In this document: positions 10,251 to 20,495 of the stretch, in pieces
Layout: the number at the start of each line of letters is the position of its first letter
How positions within the stretch are numbered: position 1 is the first letter of the stretch
Assembly (NCBI GenBank): GCA_964487645.1
Contig: CAZARW010000002.1
Coordinates: 30,042-94,041 of the forward strand
Length of the DNA: 64,000 bases
Direction of reading: 5' to 3'
From: an uncultured Prolixibacteraceae bacterium
Lineage (GTDB): Bacteria; Bacteroidota; Bacteroidia; Bacteroidales; Prolixibacteraceae
Notes under the pieces: generated by a model
What the model was told of the DNA's origin: nothing
What the model saw: the letters and a program-made list of their open reading frames with translations, nothing else
The model's database searches: none
Made by a program: the position numbers and the translations under genes

Positions 10251-11837
10251 ATGGAAATGCTTTCGAATGTTTATTTCTCTTTCTTTCTGATAGTTACTCT
10301 GGGTTATTTGCTTGGGCGGATTAAAATTAAAGGAATATCGCTCGATGTTTCGGCTGTTATTTTTATTGCTCTTCTTTTTGGCCATTTTGGAATAATCATT
10401 CCCTCCGAAATACAGCAAATCGGGTTGGTGTTATTTATTTTTACAATTGGTATGCAGGCTGGCCCGGGATTTTTTTCAGCATTTAAAAAGCAAGGGAAAA
10501 AACTTACAATACTGGCCTCGTCGTTAATTGTTATTGCCGGTCTTACAACCATTGGTGTTGTATATCTTTTTGATATTGACATGAAAATTGGAATTGGCCT
10601 GCTTACCGGGGCATTAACCAGTACGCCGGGTTTAGCTGCGGCAATTGACACAACCCGTTCGCCCCTGGCTTCAATTGGTTACGGTGTTGCATATCCCTTT
10701 GGTGTATTAGGAGTAATTTTGTTTGTAAGTATACTTCCAAAACTATTAAAAAAGAAAATTTCGGATGCTGAAAAGGAATATGAAAAAGAAATAAAATCTG
10801 ATTTTCCGGGTATCGAAAAAGCAAACTTTGTGGTTGAAAACGAAAATGTAATTGGCAAAACAATTCGAGAGTTGCGGATACGGTTTATGACAAAAGCAGT
10901 GGTGTCGAGAGTAATGCACAACGGCGAAGCCTGCACTCCAACTCCCGACACAATTTTATATAAAGGCGATATTATTAAAGCTGTTGGCGATGCCGAAGCA
11001 TTAAAACGTATTCGCCTGCTTATTGGAGCTAAAACAGATACCGAAATTCCTTTGTCGCAAAAGTTCGATGTGCAACGAGTACTGGTTACAAATAAAGAAT
11101 ATGTAAATAAAAGTATAGGGGAGTTGCGTTTACACGAGAATTATGGCGCAACAATTACACGGATTACCCGTTCGGGTATCAATATTATTCCATCGCCTAA
11201 TTCGAGGATTCAGTTTGGCGATAAACTTATGATTGCCTGCAATACCGAAAACATGAAACAGGTAATGAATATTTTTGGCAACGACGATAGCAGGCTTTCT
11301 GATACCGACTTTTTACCAATTGCTTTAGGTATTATTATTGGAATCCTTATTGGAAAAATAAATATCGAAGTAGGAAACTTTAGTTTTAGCCCCGGACTTA
11401 CCGGTGGTGTGCTTATTTCGGGATTGTTTTTGGGACGTATTGGCAAAACCGGGCCAATATTGTGGACAATGACAAGTGCTGCAAACCAGCTTATCAGGCA
11501 ATTGGGGTTGTTGTTTTTTATGGCAGCTGTAGGTACATCGGCCGGTGCACACCTGGTTGATACGTTTGTTGAAAATGGCATAAATATGTTTATTGCCGGC
11601 GCTATTATTACTGTTTTTCCAATGATTGTTACTTCAATTATTTCGAAGATTTTCTTCAAAATGAATATTCTTACTTTGCTTGGAGCATTAACCGGTAGTA
11701 TGACGAGTACGCCGGGTTTGGCTGCTGTTACTGCAATGACACGAACAAATGCTCCATCGGTTTCGTATGCTACTGTGTATCCTTTGGCAATGGTTATTCT
11801 TATTATTATGGTGCAAATTCTGGGTTTGTTGTGCTAG
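10251..11837 (+). CDS. AspT/YidE/YbjL-family antiporter with two TrkA-C (RCK_C) domains
   Basis: Duplicated membrane domain with GALTSTPGL and GSMTSTPGL and with YGVAYP / YATVYP; central soluble TrkA-C repeats. Confidence 0.9.
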   Translation: MEMLSNVYFSFFLIVTLGYLLGRIKIKGISLDVSAVIFIALLFGHFGIIIPSEIQQIGLVLFIFTIGMQAGPGFFSAFKKQGKKLTILASSLIVIAGLTTIGVVYLFDIDMKIGIGLLTGALTSTPGLAAAIDTTRSPLASIGYGVAYPFGVLGVILFVSILPKLLKKKISDAEKEYEKEIKSDFPGIEKANFVVENENVIGKTIRELRIRFMTKAVVSRVMHNGEACTPTPDTILYKGDIIKAVGDAEALKRIRLLIGAKTDTEIPLSQKFDVQRVLVTNKEYVNKSIGELRLHENYGATITRITRSGINIIPSPNSRIQFGDKLMIACNTENMKQVMNIFGNDDSRLSDTDFLPIALGIIIGILIGKINIEVGNFSFSPGLTGGVLISGLFLGRIGKTGPILWTMTSAANQLIRQLGLLFFMAAVGTSAGAHLVDTFVENGINMFIAGAIITVFPMIVTSIISKIFFKMNILTLLGALTGSMTSTPGLAAVTAMTRTNAPSVSYATVYPLAMVILIIMVQILGLLC

Positions 11838-11903
11838 GCTAAAATAAATTTTAGAGATAAAGCAACTTTTTGGTAAAAACATTCGTCATATGTATAAACA
11901 TAT

Positions 11904-12971
11904 TTGATGAAACACACACCGCTATTTTTAGTTTTTGCTCTTTTGTTTATCTCTTTTGGGTGCTCATACAATAACAACAATACTCTTTATTACAAAGGAT
12001 ATTTTCCCGACAGTGCCGCAATCAATTTTTCAGAGATAAACAGCCAATACGATGACATAAATTCTGCATTATTGCAGTTGCATAGTTATAATTATATCGC
12101 TTTCTCGTCGAACGAACCATCAAACGGAAGCAATTACGATATAAAAGGCAGTAGCTTTACTTTTGTGTGGGATCAACGTCAGGGGAGTTTTTATATCGAT
12201 GATAATGTTTATTCGGATATGCCTGGCTTGGCTCAAATGTTAAAAAAAACCCGCACTCATGCCGACGAATATGGACCTTACTTTATAACCGACAATAAAG
12301 ATGGTTACTTTTTTTACGCCTGCAATCAGACGGGTACCAATACAATGCATTATTATAAATATGGCAATATTCATGAAACCGGTTCAAACAGTCTGTCCGA
12401 TTCTTTGATTTCGGGGCCTTATCAAATTTCTTTTTTATCGTCCGATCAATGCGATCAGGGCTATATTTCGTTTCGTACATTGCAATTTCCTTATGATCAT
12501 TTAAATGTTGTACCCGATTCGGCGGCTTTTGAAAGCATGGTGTATTGCAACAATTCAGGAGGCTTATACAATATTTACGAAATTGATATTCCGAAAAGTC
12601 TTAATTTATACTCATTTATAGAGTCGGAAAACAATTTTCCGAAAAATCCGATTGACGCTGTAAATAGTGAACACAACGATAAATGTCCGAATGTTTGTGG
12701 AAATTTTATGGTATTTAGTTCAGACAGGCCGGGAGGATTGGGAGGTTTTGATTTTTATTATTCGATATACCAAAACGGGCAGTGGAGCGATCCTGTAAAT
12801 TTTGGAAAGCCAATTAATTCACAATACGATGAGTATAGGGCAATAGCAATAAAATCATATAGCTTCGAAAACGATTTGTTGATTTTTTCGTCGAACAGGC
12901 CGGGAGGCTATGGCGGATACGATATTTATTACATTGGGATTGATGTGATGCCCAAAATTGAAAACAACTAG
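11904..12971 (+). CDS. Lipoprotein with TolB-like/PD40 beta-propeller repeats
   Basis: Lipobox FISFG-C. Repeats FSSDRPGGLGGFDFYY and FSSNRPGGYGGYDIYY; WSDPVNFGKPINSQYDE. Confidence 0.75.
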   Translation: MMKHTPLFLVFALLFISFGCSYNNNNTLYYKGYFPDSAAINFSEINSQYDDINSALLQLHSYNYIAFSSNEPSNGSNYDIKGSSFTFVWDQRQGSFYIDDNVYSDMPGLAQMLKKTRTHADEYGPYFITDNKDGYFFYACNQTGTNTMHYYKYGNIHETGSNSLSDSLISGPYQISFLSSDQCDQGYISFRTLQFPYDHLNVVPDSAAFESMVYCNNSGGLYNIYEIDIPKSLNLYSFIESENNFPKNPIDAVNSEHNDKCPNVCGNFMVFSSDRPGGLGGFDFYYSIYQNGQWSDPVNFGKPINSQYDEYRAIAIKSYSFENDLLIFSSNRPGGYGGYDIYYIGIDVMPKIENN

Positions 12972-13005
12972 CTTGATACTGATTTTTTAGTTTTGTTTAT
13001 TGAAA

Positions 13006-14226
13006 TTATTCTTCGTTAATTTCGAAAAAGCGCTGAGGTAAAAATTTTACCGGTAACCACGATGCCACAGCTCCAATAATTAAAACTGTAAAAATAATTA
13101 ATATGAGACTGGGAATTTTAATTTCAACCGGGTAATGATCAATTACAAACGATCCGGGTATTTTTAGCCAGCCAAAATGCATTTGCCCCAGGCTAAGCAA
13201 TATTCCTAATACTAAACCTACAACAGCACCAATTGACGATACAAGCCAGCCTTCGTATAAAAATATCATTCCAATTTTTTTGCGTGTAAGCCCAAGGCTC
13301 ACTAAAATGTTAATGTCTTTCTTTTTGTCGAGAATGAGCATTGCAATTGAGCTTGCTAAATTGAACGATGCAATTACAAGAATAAACGACAAAATTAAAA
13401 AGATAAAAAAACGTTCGCTTTTGGCAATTTTGTAATACGATTCGTGTTGTTGATATCGGTTCTCAACCTTAAAGTTATTGCCCAGTATTTGCTGTATCCG
13501 TCGTTGGCTTCGCTCTTTGTTTGCATTTGGTGTAAGCCCCAGTTCAATTGAAGTAACATTTTGGCCAATATCGAGCAAATTTCGGGCAATGTTTAACGGA
13601 ATAAGTGCAAACTGATCATCGACTTCGATTTGTCCAACCGAATATATTCCCGAAAGAAATAAGTTTTGTTGTCTAAAAGGATTGAGCAGCATTGTTGAGC
13701 TTCGGCCTTTACGGGGAACCGAAATATGAATTGGCCTTACAAACCTGACCGATGCTCCCAGATTATAAGCCAGACCACGTCCGATAATTGTGTAGTCAAA
13801 GTTTCCGTCATTAAGCATTAGCTCACCGTCGTACATTATTTCTTCAATGTTGGCCATTTCGATGTAATCCTCGTCGATGCCTTTAATATTTGCAATAAAC
13901 TGGCGGTCTTCGAATCTGAATAGGGCAATTTCTTCAACAACTTCGCAATAATGAATAACCGATTTGTCGTTCTTTATTTTCTCAAAAGCTTCGGTATTTG
14001 CATCAAAGTTTTTTCCTTCGATGGCCGTAATTTTAATTTCGGAATCGAAATAGCTGAAAAATGATTTAATAAGGATATCGAAGCCGTTAAAAATTGAAAG
14101 AACAACAACAAGTGCTGTAGTTCCAACAATAACACCCAGCATAGCAATTCCCGAAATAATGTTTACCACATTCTTCGATTTTTTCGAAAGCAGGTATCTG
14201 CGGGCTATGTATAGCGGAAAGTTCAA
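13006..14226 (-). CDS. LolC/E-like FtsX-family ABC permease
   Basis: TTG start. IARRYL.SKKS, LSIFNGF, periplasmic MacB-like domain, three C-terminal TM helices, YPVE. Confidence 0.88.
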   Translation of the reverse strand: MNFPLYIARRYLLSKKSKNVVNIISGIAMLGVIVGTTALVVVLSIFNGFDILIKSFFSYFDSEIKITAIEGKNFDANTEAFEKIKNDKSVIHYCEVVEEIALFRFEDRQFIANIKGIDEDYIEMANIEEIMYDGELMLNDGNFDYTIIGRGLAYNLGASVRFVRPIHISVPRKGRSSTMLLNPFRQQNLFLSGIYSVGQIEVDDQFALIPLNIARNLLDIGQNVTSIELGLTPNANKERSQRRIQQILGNNFKVENRYQQHESYYKIAKSERFFIFLILSFILVIASFNLASSIAMLILDKKKDINILVSLGLTRKKIGMIFLYEGWLVSSIGAVVGLVLGILLSLGQMHFGWLKIPGSFVIDHYPVEIKIPSLILIIFTVLIIGAVASWLPVKFLPQRFFEINEE

Positions 14227-15042
14227 TTATTTAAAGGCTGTTACAATTAATCCTGTTCCTTTTTTGTGTGTCGAATTGAGGTCGAACCAGTTGAGCAATG
14301 CCGAAATTGGATAAGCGATAATGTAGTAAAATGGCAATAAAATAAAAAACAATTTACTGATACCCAGCATTTTTATTGGGTATTTCATTGATAAGCGCCA
14401 TGAAATATTGCCGGGTTTACCGTACTGATAGCGGGCAGTAATATTTATAAAACCGGCTGTTTTTAATTTTTCTTCAATCTCGTTTATATTGTATCCGTCG
14501 CGAACATGCTCGTCAATAAACCCTGTTGTTTCATCACTATCGTGATCGTGGTCAGAGTCAGATCCGCCCTGGTCGCTGGGTGTCGATATAATGAGCATTG
14601 CATTTTGAGTCATCGATGCATAGAAATTTTTAAAAACTTGTACATCTTCTTCAATATGCTCCATCACATCAACCGAAAGAACAAGGTCAAATTGTTCGGG
14701 TTCGGTAAATTTTGTCAGGTCGGCTTTTTCAAAAATAACCCTGTTATTCAGTCCGGTTTTCAGAAAAAAGCGGTTGCAGTCAATAATTTGTTCTTCTTTA
14801 ACATCGACAGCTTTAATGAGTGCCGTTTTAAAAATACGCGACATGCGATAGGTGTATTGTCCAAAACCGGCACCGGCGTCGAGTATTGTGGGGTTTTCGG
14901 GGGCATTCCATCGTTTTAGTTCACGGCGCACATGCCACGATCGCAGCAAAAGCATATCGAGCAAACGATAAAACATTTTTCGTAAAAAAACTGATTTGTT
15001 AAATACATTACCTACACTTCGTTTTATTGGGTCGTATTGCAT
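14227..15042 (-). CDS. Class I SAM-dependent methyltransferase
   Basis: ILDAGAGFG (motif I), VDVMEHIEED, IISTP, EHVRDGY. Confidence 0.88.
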   Translation of the reverse strand: MQYDPIKRSVGNVFNKSVFLRKMFYRLLDMLLLRSWHVRRELKRWNAPENPTILDAGAGFGQYTYRMSRIFKTALIKAVDVKEEQIIDCNRFFLKTGLNNRVIFEKADLTKFTEPEQFDLVLSVDVMEHIEEDVQVFKNFYASMTQNAMLIISTPSDQGGSDSDHDHDSDETTGFIDEHVRDGYNINEIEEKLKTAGFINITARYQYGKPGNISWRLSMKYPIKMLGISKLFFILLPFYYIIAYPISALLNWFDLNSTHKKGTGLIVTAFK

Positions 15043-15052
15043 AGCTCTAGTT

Positions 15053-15391
15053 TTAGTCGTTCAGTGCTTTTTCGATATTGTCGATATAATCGAGGCTGTC
15101 GTCGATATAGAATTGCAATTCGGGGACAATGCGCAATTGTTTCCCAACTTTGTGTCCTAGTTCGCCTCGTATTTGCCCGGTAAGTTGCTTAATAAGCCGG
15201 TACACTTCATCGGCTCCTTCCGAAGGAAATATGCTTAAGTAAACTTTCGCAACGGCAAGGTCTTTCGATACGCGAACAACGGTAACCGAAATCATTTTTC
15301 CACCAAAGATATTCCGGCTTTCGAGCCTGAAAAAATCAGCAAGTTCTTTTTGTATTAGCCTCGAAACTTTATTTTGTCTTATCGAATACAT
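15053..15391 (-). CDS. rbfA: 30S ribosome-binding factor A
   Basis: RQNKVSRLIQKELA, VTVVRVSKDL..AKVYLS, LRIVPELQFYIDDSLDY. TAACTTTG promoter box on the minus strand at 15413-15420. Confidence 0.97.
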   Translation of the reverse strand: MYSIRQNKVSRLIQKELADFFRLESRNIFGGKMISVTVVRVSKDLAVAKVYLSIFPSEGADEVYRLIKQLTGQIRGELGHKVGKQLRIVPELQFYIDDSLDYIDNIEKALND

Positions 15392-15504
15392 GAAATTATT
15401 TTAATGAACGAGCAAAGTTAACGATTCAAAATGAATTTCGTGAATTTATTAGCGACATCAATTCTCAAATATGTATTTTTGAATGTTTTTATTATTTATG
15501 TGCT

Positions 15505-15891
15505 ATGAAGTTTTGTTTTACAAAAGAAGAAAGGCTTTGCAATCAGCGTATAATTGACAAGGTTTTTGAAGCAGGTGAATCATTTTTTGTGTTTCCTTTC
15601 AGAGTGCTTTATATTCCGATTGATCAATTGGCCGGTTATCCTGCTCAGGTAATTTTTTCGGTTCCAAAGCGCAATATAAAACTTGCAGTAAGCCGCAATC
15701 TGATTCGAAGACGTATGCGCGAAGCTTATCGTTTGCATAAGCATATTTTGTTAAAGCAGAATTCTGTTTCGACTCAAAAACTTGGGGTGGTTATTCTTTT
15801 TACCGGCAAACAAATTGCCGATTATACTGTAATCGAAAAAGGGATTGTAAAGGCTCTTAAAAAGCTTGCAGGGCTTAATTTGCTTGTTTAA
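15505..15891 (+). CDS. rnpA: Ribonuclease P protein component
   Basis: F.KEERL N-terminus and the RNR-type motif SVPKR..KLAVSRNLIRRRMREAYRL. Confidence 0.93.
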   Translation: MKFCFTKEERLCNQRIIDKVFEAGESFFVFPFRVLYIPIDQLAGYPAQVIFSVPKRNIKLAVSRNLIRRRMREAYRLHKHILLKQNSVSTQKLGVVILFTGKQIADYTVIEKGIVKALKKLAGLNLLV

Positions 15892-16285
15892 CATTGTGTT
15901 TTCTGAAAATTCCTAAAGCTAAAAACATTTCGATAGTTCCAATAGCAAGATACAAAGCCTGCATCCAGGTACTAAATCCCAAATAAAATATTTGTACAAG
16001 TATCCATCCAATAAGTGCTGCACCAAAAATAATTCCTAAAAGCGAGGCGGGTTTTAAAAGTTTTAAGCTGTACCATGCCGAGAATAATTGTCCTAAACCG
16101 TTAATTGTAAATAAAATTATACCGGGGATCAGATAATTTGTGAAAGGTGATTTTTCGAGCAGTTCAAGCGGCATTCCCATTGCGTTTCCTTGTGGCGATA
16201 TAATTAAAGGCAAGCCTCCGGCAATGGCGCCCATGCCAACAAATATTTGTAAATATCCAAGAATCTTGTAGCGTGCAGCTTTCAT
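15875..16285 (-). CDS. Hypothetical integral membrane protein (about 4 TM helices)
   Basis: Likely ATG 16285. Hydrophobic segments with GAIAGG, LL..SPF..YLIPGIILF..NG and WI.VQ. Confidence 0.75.
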   Translation of the reverse strand: MKAARYKILGYLQIFVGMGAIAGGLPLIISPQGNAMGMPLELLEKSPFTNYLIPGIILFTINGLGQLFSAWYSLKLLKPASLLGIIFGAALIGWILVQIFYLGFSTWMQALYLAIGTIEMFLALGIFRKHNVKQAN

Positions 16286-16307
16286 GTAGTTCTTTTTTTG
16301 ATTTTTT

Positions 16308-17150
16308 TTAGATGATAATATTCTCAATCTCGTTAAGAATTGCTTTTGTTTTTCGGCTTGTTAATCCAAATTGGTCAAGTACTTTTTGATTGTTTTGTAG
16401 TTGGCGGCATATTACAATTCCATCGTCCATTAATTTTTGTTTTTGGGCTTTGGTAATGTTGTTTAAAACTGTTATTGGATAGATTTTTTCGCGGTCAATA
16501 ATATCTTTAATTCCTTTGCCTTGTGGGTAATCCCAGGCAAGCAAAAGCATATTGTTGCATTTTGCATAATCAATGGCATCCGAAGTAAAACGTGTATTTG
16601 TAGCAATGCATCCTTTAAAAGTAAACCCTTTGTACTCGGGCATTTTTTCTCTTTTCTTTACAATATCGTTAACGCGCGAATGGATGTATAGTGGTACTTT
16701 TACGCTAACAATTTTGCCGGCATGTTGCCCGTATTTACATTCGGTAAGAATTTGTTCGTTATTTTTGGTGGCAATAACATCAACCTCGTGGCTCACACAA
16801 AAACCCTGCACTACAATTCCGGTTTGTGTTTTATAACCGTCAAGTTCCATTATCCGGCTTACTAAATGTTCAAACGGATATCCGGTTGGCCCCATTTCCA
16901 TAATTGCTTTTTTGAGTTTATATCGCGAAGCAGCAGGATGAGTTTTTGATTTAAGCAATGAAAACGCCCGGGCATAAATTTTTTTGGTTGATATGCCATC
17001 GTGCATCCATGTTTTAATATCGGAAGTTATATAATTGATTGTTTCGGTGTCGGCTCCGGCTTTTTCGAGCGATCCTATGAGTTTTTTTATATCGAATTGT
17101 TCTCTTTCTCCCGAAGCCTTTGTTACGCTTATATTGATGTTTGTACTCAT
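16308..17150 (-). CDS. ATP-cone domain fused to Mrr-like PD-(D/E)xK restriction-endonuclease domain
   Basis: N-terminal VTKASGEREQFDIKKL..SL (ATP cone). Then FEHLV…HEVDVIA…TECKY and ATNTRFTSDA..YA (Mrr_cat-like). Confidence 0.85.
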   Translation of the reverse strand: MSTNINISVTKASGEREQFDIKKLIGSLEKAGADTETINYITSDIKTWMHDGISTKKIYARAFSLLKSKTHPAASRYKLKKAIMEMGPTGYPFEHLVSRIMELDGYKTQTGIVVQGFCVSHEVDVIATKNNEQILTECKYGQHAGKIVSVKVPLYIHSRVNDIVKKREKMPEYKGFTFKGCIATNTRFTSDAIDYAKCNNMLLLAWDYPQGKGIKDIIDREKIYPITVLNNITKAQKQKLMDDGIVICRQLQNNQKVLDQFGLTSRKTKAILNEIENIII

Positions 17151-17210
17151 GTTTTTTTATATTATCGCTATAAATAAAGTACGTGCAATATAGTAATTTA
17201 TGTGCAATGT

Positions 17211-18023
17211 TTATGGCAGCAACGGCAACTCGGGTACAATAAAAGTATCGCGTGTTGCACTGTACGATGCAAAAATTCCGTATACATTTTCGGGCATATT
17301 GCCGGGTGGGTTTCCGGGGGCAATTGAATTAAACGAACCCGATATGTTTTCGCTTAAGCCGGAGTAGTATTCGTAGGTTTGTTTACTAAGATGATGTAGT
17401 TCGGCAATAACTGTGTCGCCAAAACTAAAGTTTTTGTAATATACCGGCATTGTAAGTATTTTATTTTTTCCAAACGAATCGTCGACCAGAAAAAACTCAC
17501 GGGTAAAAGGAGTTCCCGATTTTGTGATAAAAAGCCTGAAATAATTATTAACGTTTGGAATATCAATCACATTTACAAAGGCATTTAAGCTATCGCCCGA
17601 TGGATAAAACGGGTTTGGAACAAATTGTATGTTGTTAATTGCAATTTTTTCAGGCAATGTGGCATGTACTTCAAAAGATTGCTCTTCGGTTTCGATAGTT
17701 AGTGTATAGCTTTTGTTATGTTGTACATAAAAAATTGGCGAAAAATAAACATTGTTGTTTGTGATGAGTAATTTTTCGGAGTATCCTTCCTGGTCTTTTA
17801 TAAATACATTGGCATTGTTTAAAAACTCGGGGTTTGGTGTGTCGTAAAAACCCTGATTGTACGAGAGTTTTACAACAATACTGGGGGTTTTGTCAGAAAG
17901 TACAGCATCAACAATGAGTTTTTTTTCAATTGATTTTAAATCAATTATCACTTCCTCTTCACATGCACTAAGCAAAATCGATAATAATGTAATTATATAG
18001 ATAGCTCGTTTCATTTGTTTCAA
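17211..18023 (-). CDS. DUF4249-like lipoprotein
   Basis: Lipobox LLSA-CEEEV.IDL, LIVDAVL, NNYFR and C-terminal P.NPPGN…YGIF. Directly follows a TBDR. Confidence 0.8.
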   Translation of the reverse strand: MKQMKRAIYIITLLSILLSACEEEVIIDLKSIEKKLIVDAVLSDKTPSIVVKLSYNQGFYDTPNPEFLNNANVFIKDQEGYSEKLLITNNNVYFSPIFYVQHNKSYTLTIETEEQSFEVHATLPEKIAINNIQFVPNPFYPSGDSLNAFVNVIDIPNVNNYFRLFITKSGTPFTREFFLVDDSFGKNKILTMPVYYKNFSFGDTVIAELHHLSKQTYEYYSGLSENISGSFNSIAPGNPPGNMPENVYGIFASYSATRDTFIVPELPLLP

Positions 18024-18024
18024 T

Positions 18025-20337
18025 TTAAAATTTAAAGTTCCAGCTAATTGATGGTATTGCCGAAAATAAGTAAATCATTGTTGTTTTCGTTTGTCCCGGA
18101 TTTTCAGAATCCTCGCTAAAAACATAGCTGTAAGGATTTTTTTGGCAGTAAGCATTGTATACAGAAAAGTTTAACTCCGAGCGATAATTTCCTCTGTTTG
18201 CAATAGTCCAGGTCATTCCAACATCAAGCCTGTGATAATCGGGCATTCGGTACCCGTTTCGTTCGGTGTACAAGTTGGCAATATAACCGTCAATAATGTA
18301 TTTTCCGGCCGGAAAAGTAACGGCATCGCCTGTGTAATAAACCCAGCTTGCCGATAGATTAACCGAAGGAGTAAGTTGGTACATTGCAACAATCGACAAA
18401 TCGTGTATTCGGTCTTGTCGTGACGAGTACCAGTTTCCACGGTTTATACCTTCAATTTTTCGTAACGAACGCGACAGAGTATATGCAATCCATCCTGTAA
18501 AAGTACCTTGAGTTTTTTCGATTAAAAACTCGGCACCGTATGCTTTTCCTTTGCCAAAAAGCAGTTCTGTTTCGACCAAATCGTTTAATAAAAGCGATGC
18601 TCCGGTTTTATAATCAATTTGATTTTTCATGTTTTTATAATAGAGTTCAGTCGATAATTTGTAGTTATGATTTGCCAAATTTCGAAAAACACCAATGCTG
18701 ATTTGATCAGCAATCTGAGGTTTTACAATTGGGCTGCTTGGAATCCAGTAATCGATTGGTGTTCCTGCTGTGGCATTTTGGAGTAAATGAATGAATTGAG
18801 TCATTCGGTTATAACCGGCTTTAATGCTTAAATTTTGATTAAATACATAGTTTGCATTCAGCCTCGGTTCAAAATAATTATACGGCGAGTATTTTAGCCC
18901 ATCGGAATAAAAAGTTGTATCGGTTGCATTTCCTTCAATATCAAAAGAGTATTCGTTAGATTGTCCTGAACGGGTAAAGTGCGAATATCGGATACCGTAA
19001 TTTACTGTAAGTTGAGGGAGTATTTTGTGTTCGTTCGAAAAATAGAAAGCATTTTCGTTTCCAAACTTTTCTTCCATATTAAAATTTTGTTCTTCGGTTT
19101 GAGGCGATAAAAGTTTAAGTGATCCGGGCTTAAATATGTGGTTGTTCAGTTCAAACCCGAACATCAATGTGTGATTTTTGTGGGCATAGTATGTAAAGCG
19201 CTGTTTAATTGTTTTTCCGGTTATTCCGGCTTTCAGTGAAAAGTTAAAATCCAGATCAGCCTGTGTATCGTAATTATAGTCGTTGTAAATGAGCGAAGTA
19301 TTGCTGAAAAGTTTCGATGAAAAAACGTGAGTCCATCGAACTATGCCGGCTTTATTCCCCCAGTCGAAGCCAAATATCGAAGTTTTCAGCGCATCGCGCC
19401 CCATGTATCCCGAGAAGTATATCCGGTCTTTTTCACCAATATCGAAATGGGTTTTCATATTCAGATCGTAAAAGTAGAGCTTGCTGCTTTTTAGCATTTC
19501 GTTTTTTGCAAACAGTAAAAATAAATCGGCGTAAGTACGGCGCCCCGATATCAAAAACGAGCTTCCGTTATTGCCCAGTGGGCCTTCAAGCGTAATCCGG
19601 CTCGATATTATCCCAATTCCTCCGGAGGCAGCATAGCGTTCGGAGTTTCCCTCGCGCATGCGTATGTCGAGTACCGACGATGCCCGGCCTCCGTATTGTG
19701 CCGGAACTCCTCCTTTGTATAATTTTACATCGTTTAAAGCATCGGAGTTAAATACCGAAAAAAAACCAAGCAAATGCGATGGGTTATACACCGGGGCATC
19801 GTCGAGCAAAACCAGGTTGTGGTCGGCCTGTCCGCCACGTACAAAAAAGCCCGTGCCTCCTTCGCCGGTTGTTGCAACTCCCGGCATTAGTTGTATGGTT
19901 TTTAATACATCTTGTTCGCCTAACAATACCGGTATGGCTTTTATTATTTTCGGGTCGAGTTTGAATGTGCCCATTTCGGTACCAATAATGTTTTGATTTA
20001 CAGCATCGGTACTAACAACTACTTCGCTAATTTGCTCGCTTACCGGCAGTAGTTTAATGTTTTGTGTGACTTTATCATCAACCGAAAGGGTAAAACTCTG
20101 GGTTTGGTAACCTAAATACGATACATGAAATGTGTAAAAACCCTTGTTGAGGTTTAATGAGTAAAAACCGTATTCGTTACTAATTGTTCCGGTAAGTATT
20201 TGCTCAACATAAACGGTTGCTCCAATTAAGTCTTCGCCTGTTTCGGCATCACGTATGTAGCCTATTACCGAAACTTTTTGTGCTAAACTTATCTGAAGTA
20301 TTAAAATAAAAAGTGTTGTGAGTTTGAGTGTTTTCAA
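18025..20337 (-). CDS. TonB-dependent receptor with N-terminal carboxypeptidase-regulatory-like domain
   Basis: GYIRDAETGEDLIGATV, plug motifs QLMPGV…VRGG..DHNLVLLD, YGGRASSV, barrel motif YHRLD, terminal F. Confidence 0.93.
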   Translation of the reverse strand: MKTLKLTTLFILILQISLAQKVSVIGYIRDAETGEDLIGATVYVEQILTGTISNEYGFYSLNLNKGFYTFHVSYLGYQTQSFTLSVDDKVTQNIKLLPVSEQISEVVVSTDAVNQNIIGTEMGTFKLDPKIIKAIPVLLGEQDVLKTIQLMPGVATTGEGGTGFFVRGGQADHNLVLLDDAPVYNPSHLLGFFSVFNSDALNDVKLYKGGVPAQYGGRASSVLDIRMREGNSERYAASGGIGIISSRITLEGPLGNNGSSFLISGRRTYADLFLLFAKNEMLKSSKLYFYDLNMKTHFDIGEKDRIYFSGYMGRDALKTSIFGFDWGNKAGIVRWTHVFSSKLFSNTSLIYNDYNYDTQADLDFNFSLKAGITGKTIKQRFTYYAHKNHTLMFGFELNNHIFKPGSLKLLSPQTEEQNFNMEEKFGNENAFYFSNEHKILPQLTVNYGIRYSHFTRSGQSNEYSFDIEGNATDTTFYSDGLKYSPYNYFEPRLNANYVFNQNLSIKAGYNRMTQFIHLLQNATAGTPIDYWIPSSPIVKPQIADQISIGVFRNLANHNYKLSTELYYKNMKNQIDYKTGASLLLNDLVETELLFGKGKAYGAEFLIEKTQGTFTGWIAYTLSRSLRKIEGINRGNWYSSRQDRIHDLSIVAMYQLTPSVNLSASWVYYTGDAVTFPAGKYIIDGYIANLYTERNGYRMPDYHRLDVGMTWTIANRGNYRSELNFSVYNAYCQKNPYSYVFSEDSENPGQTKTTMIYLFSAIPSISWNFKF

Positions 20338-20495
20338 TGTTGTTTAAATATTGGTTTACGAAATATATACAAACTTGTAGTGAAATAGTTGCTGTTTTTA
20401 GTAATTATTTTTTATTGATAAAGTTTTTTTTAAGCATGAGTTTTATTTATTATTCCTATATGTATGTAAATTAGTGTTTTGTGTGTGTTCGGCTG

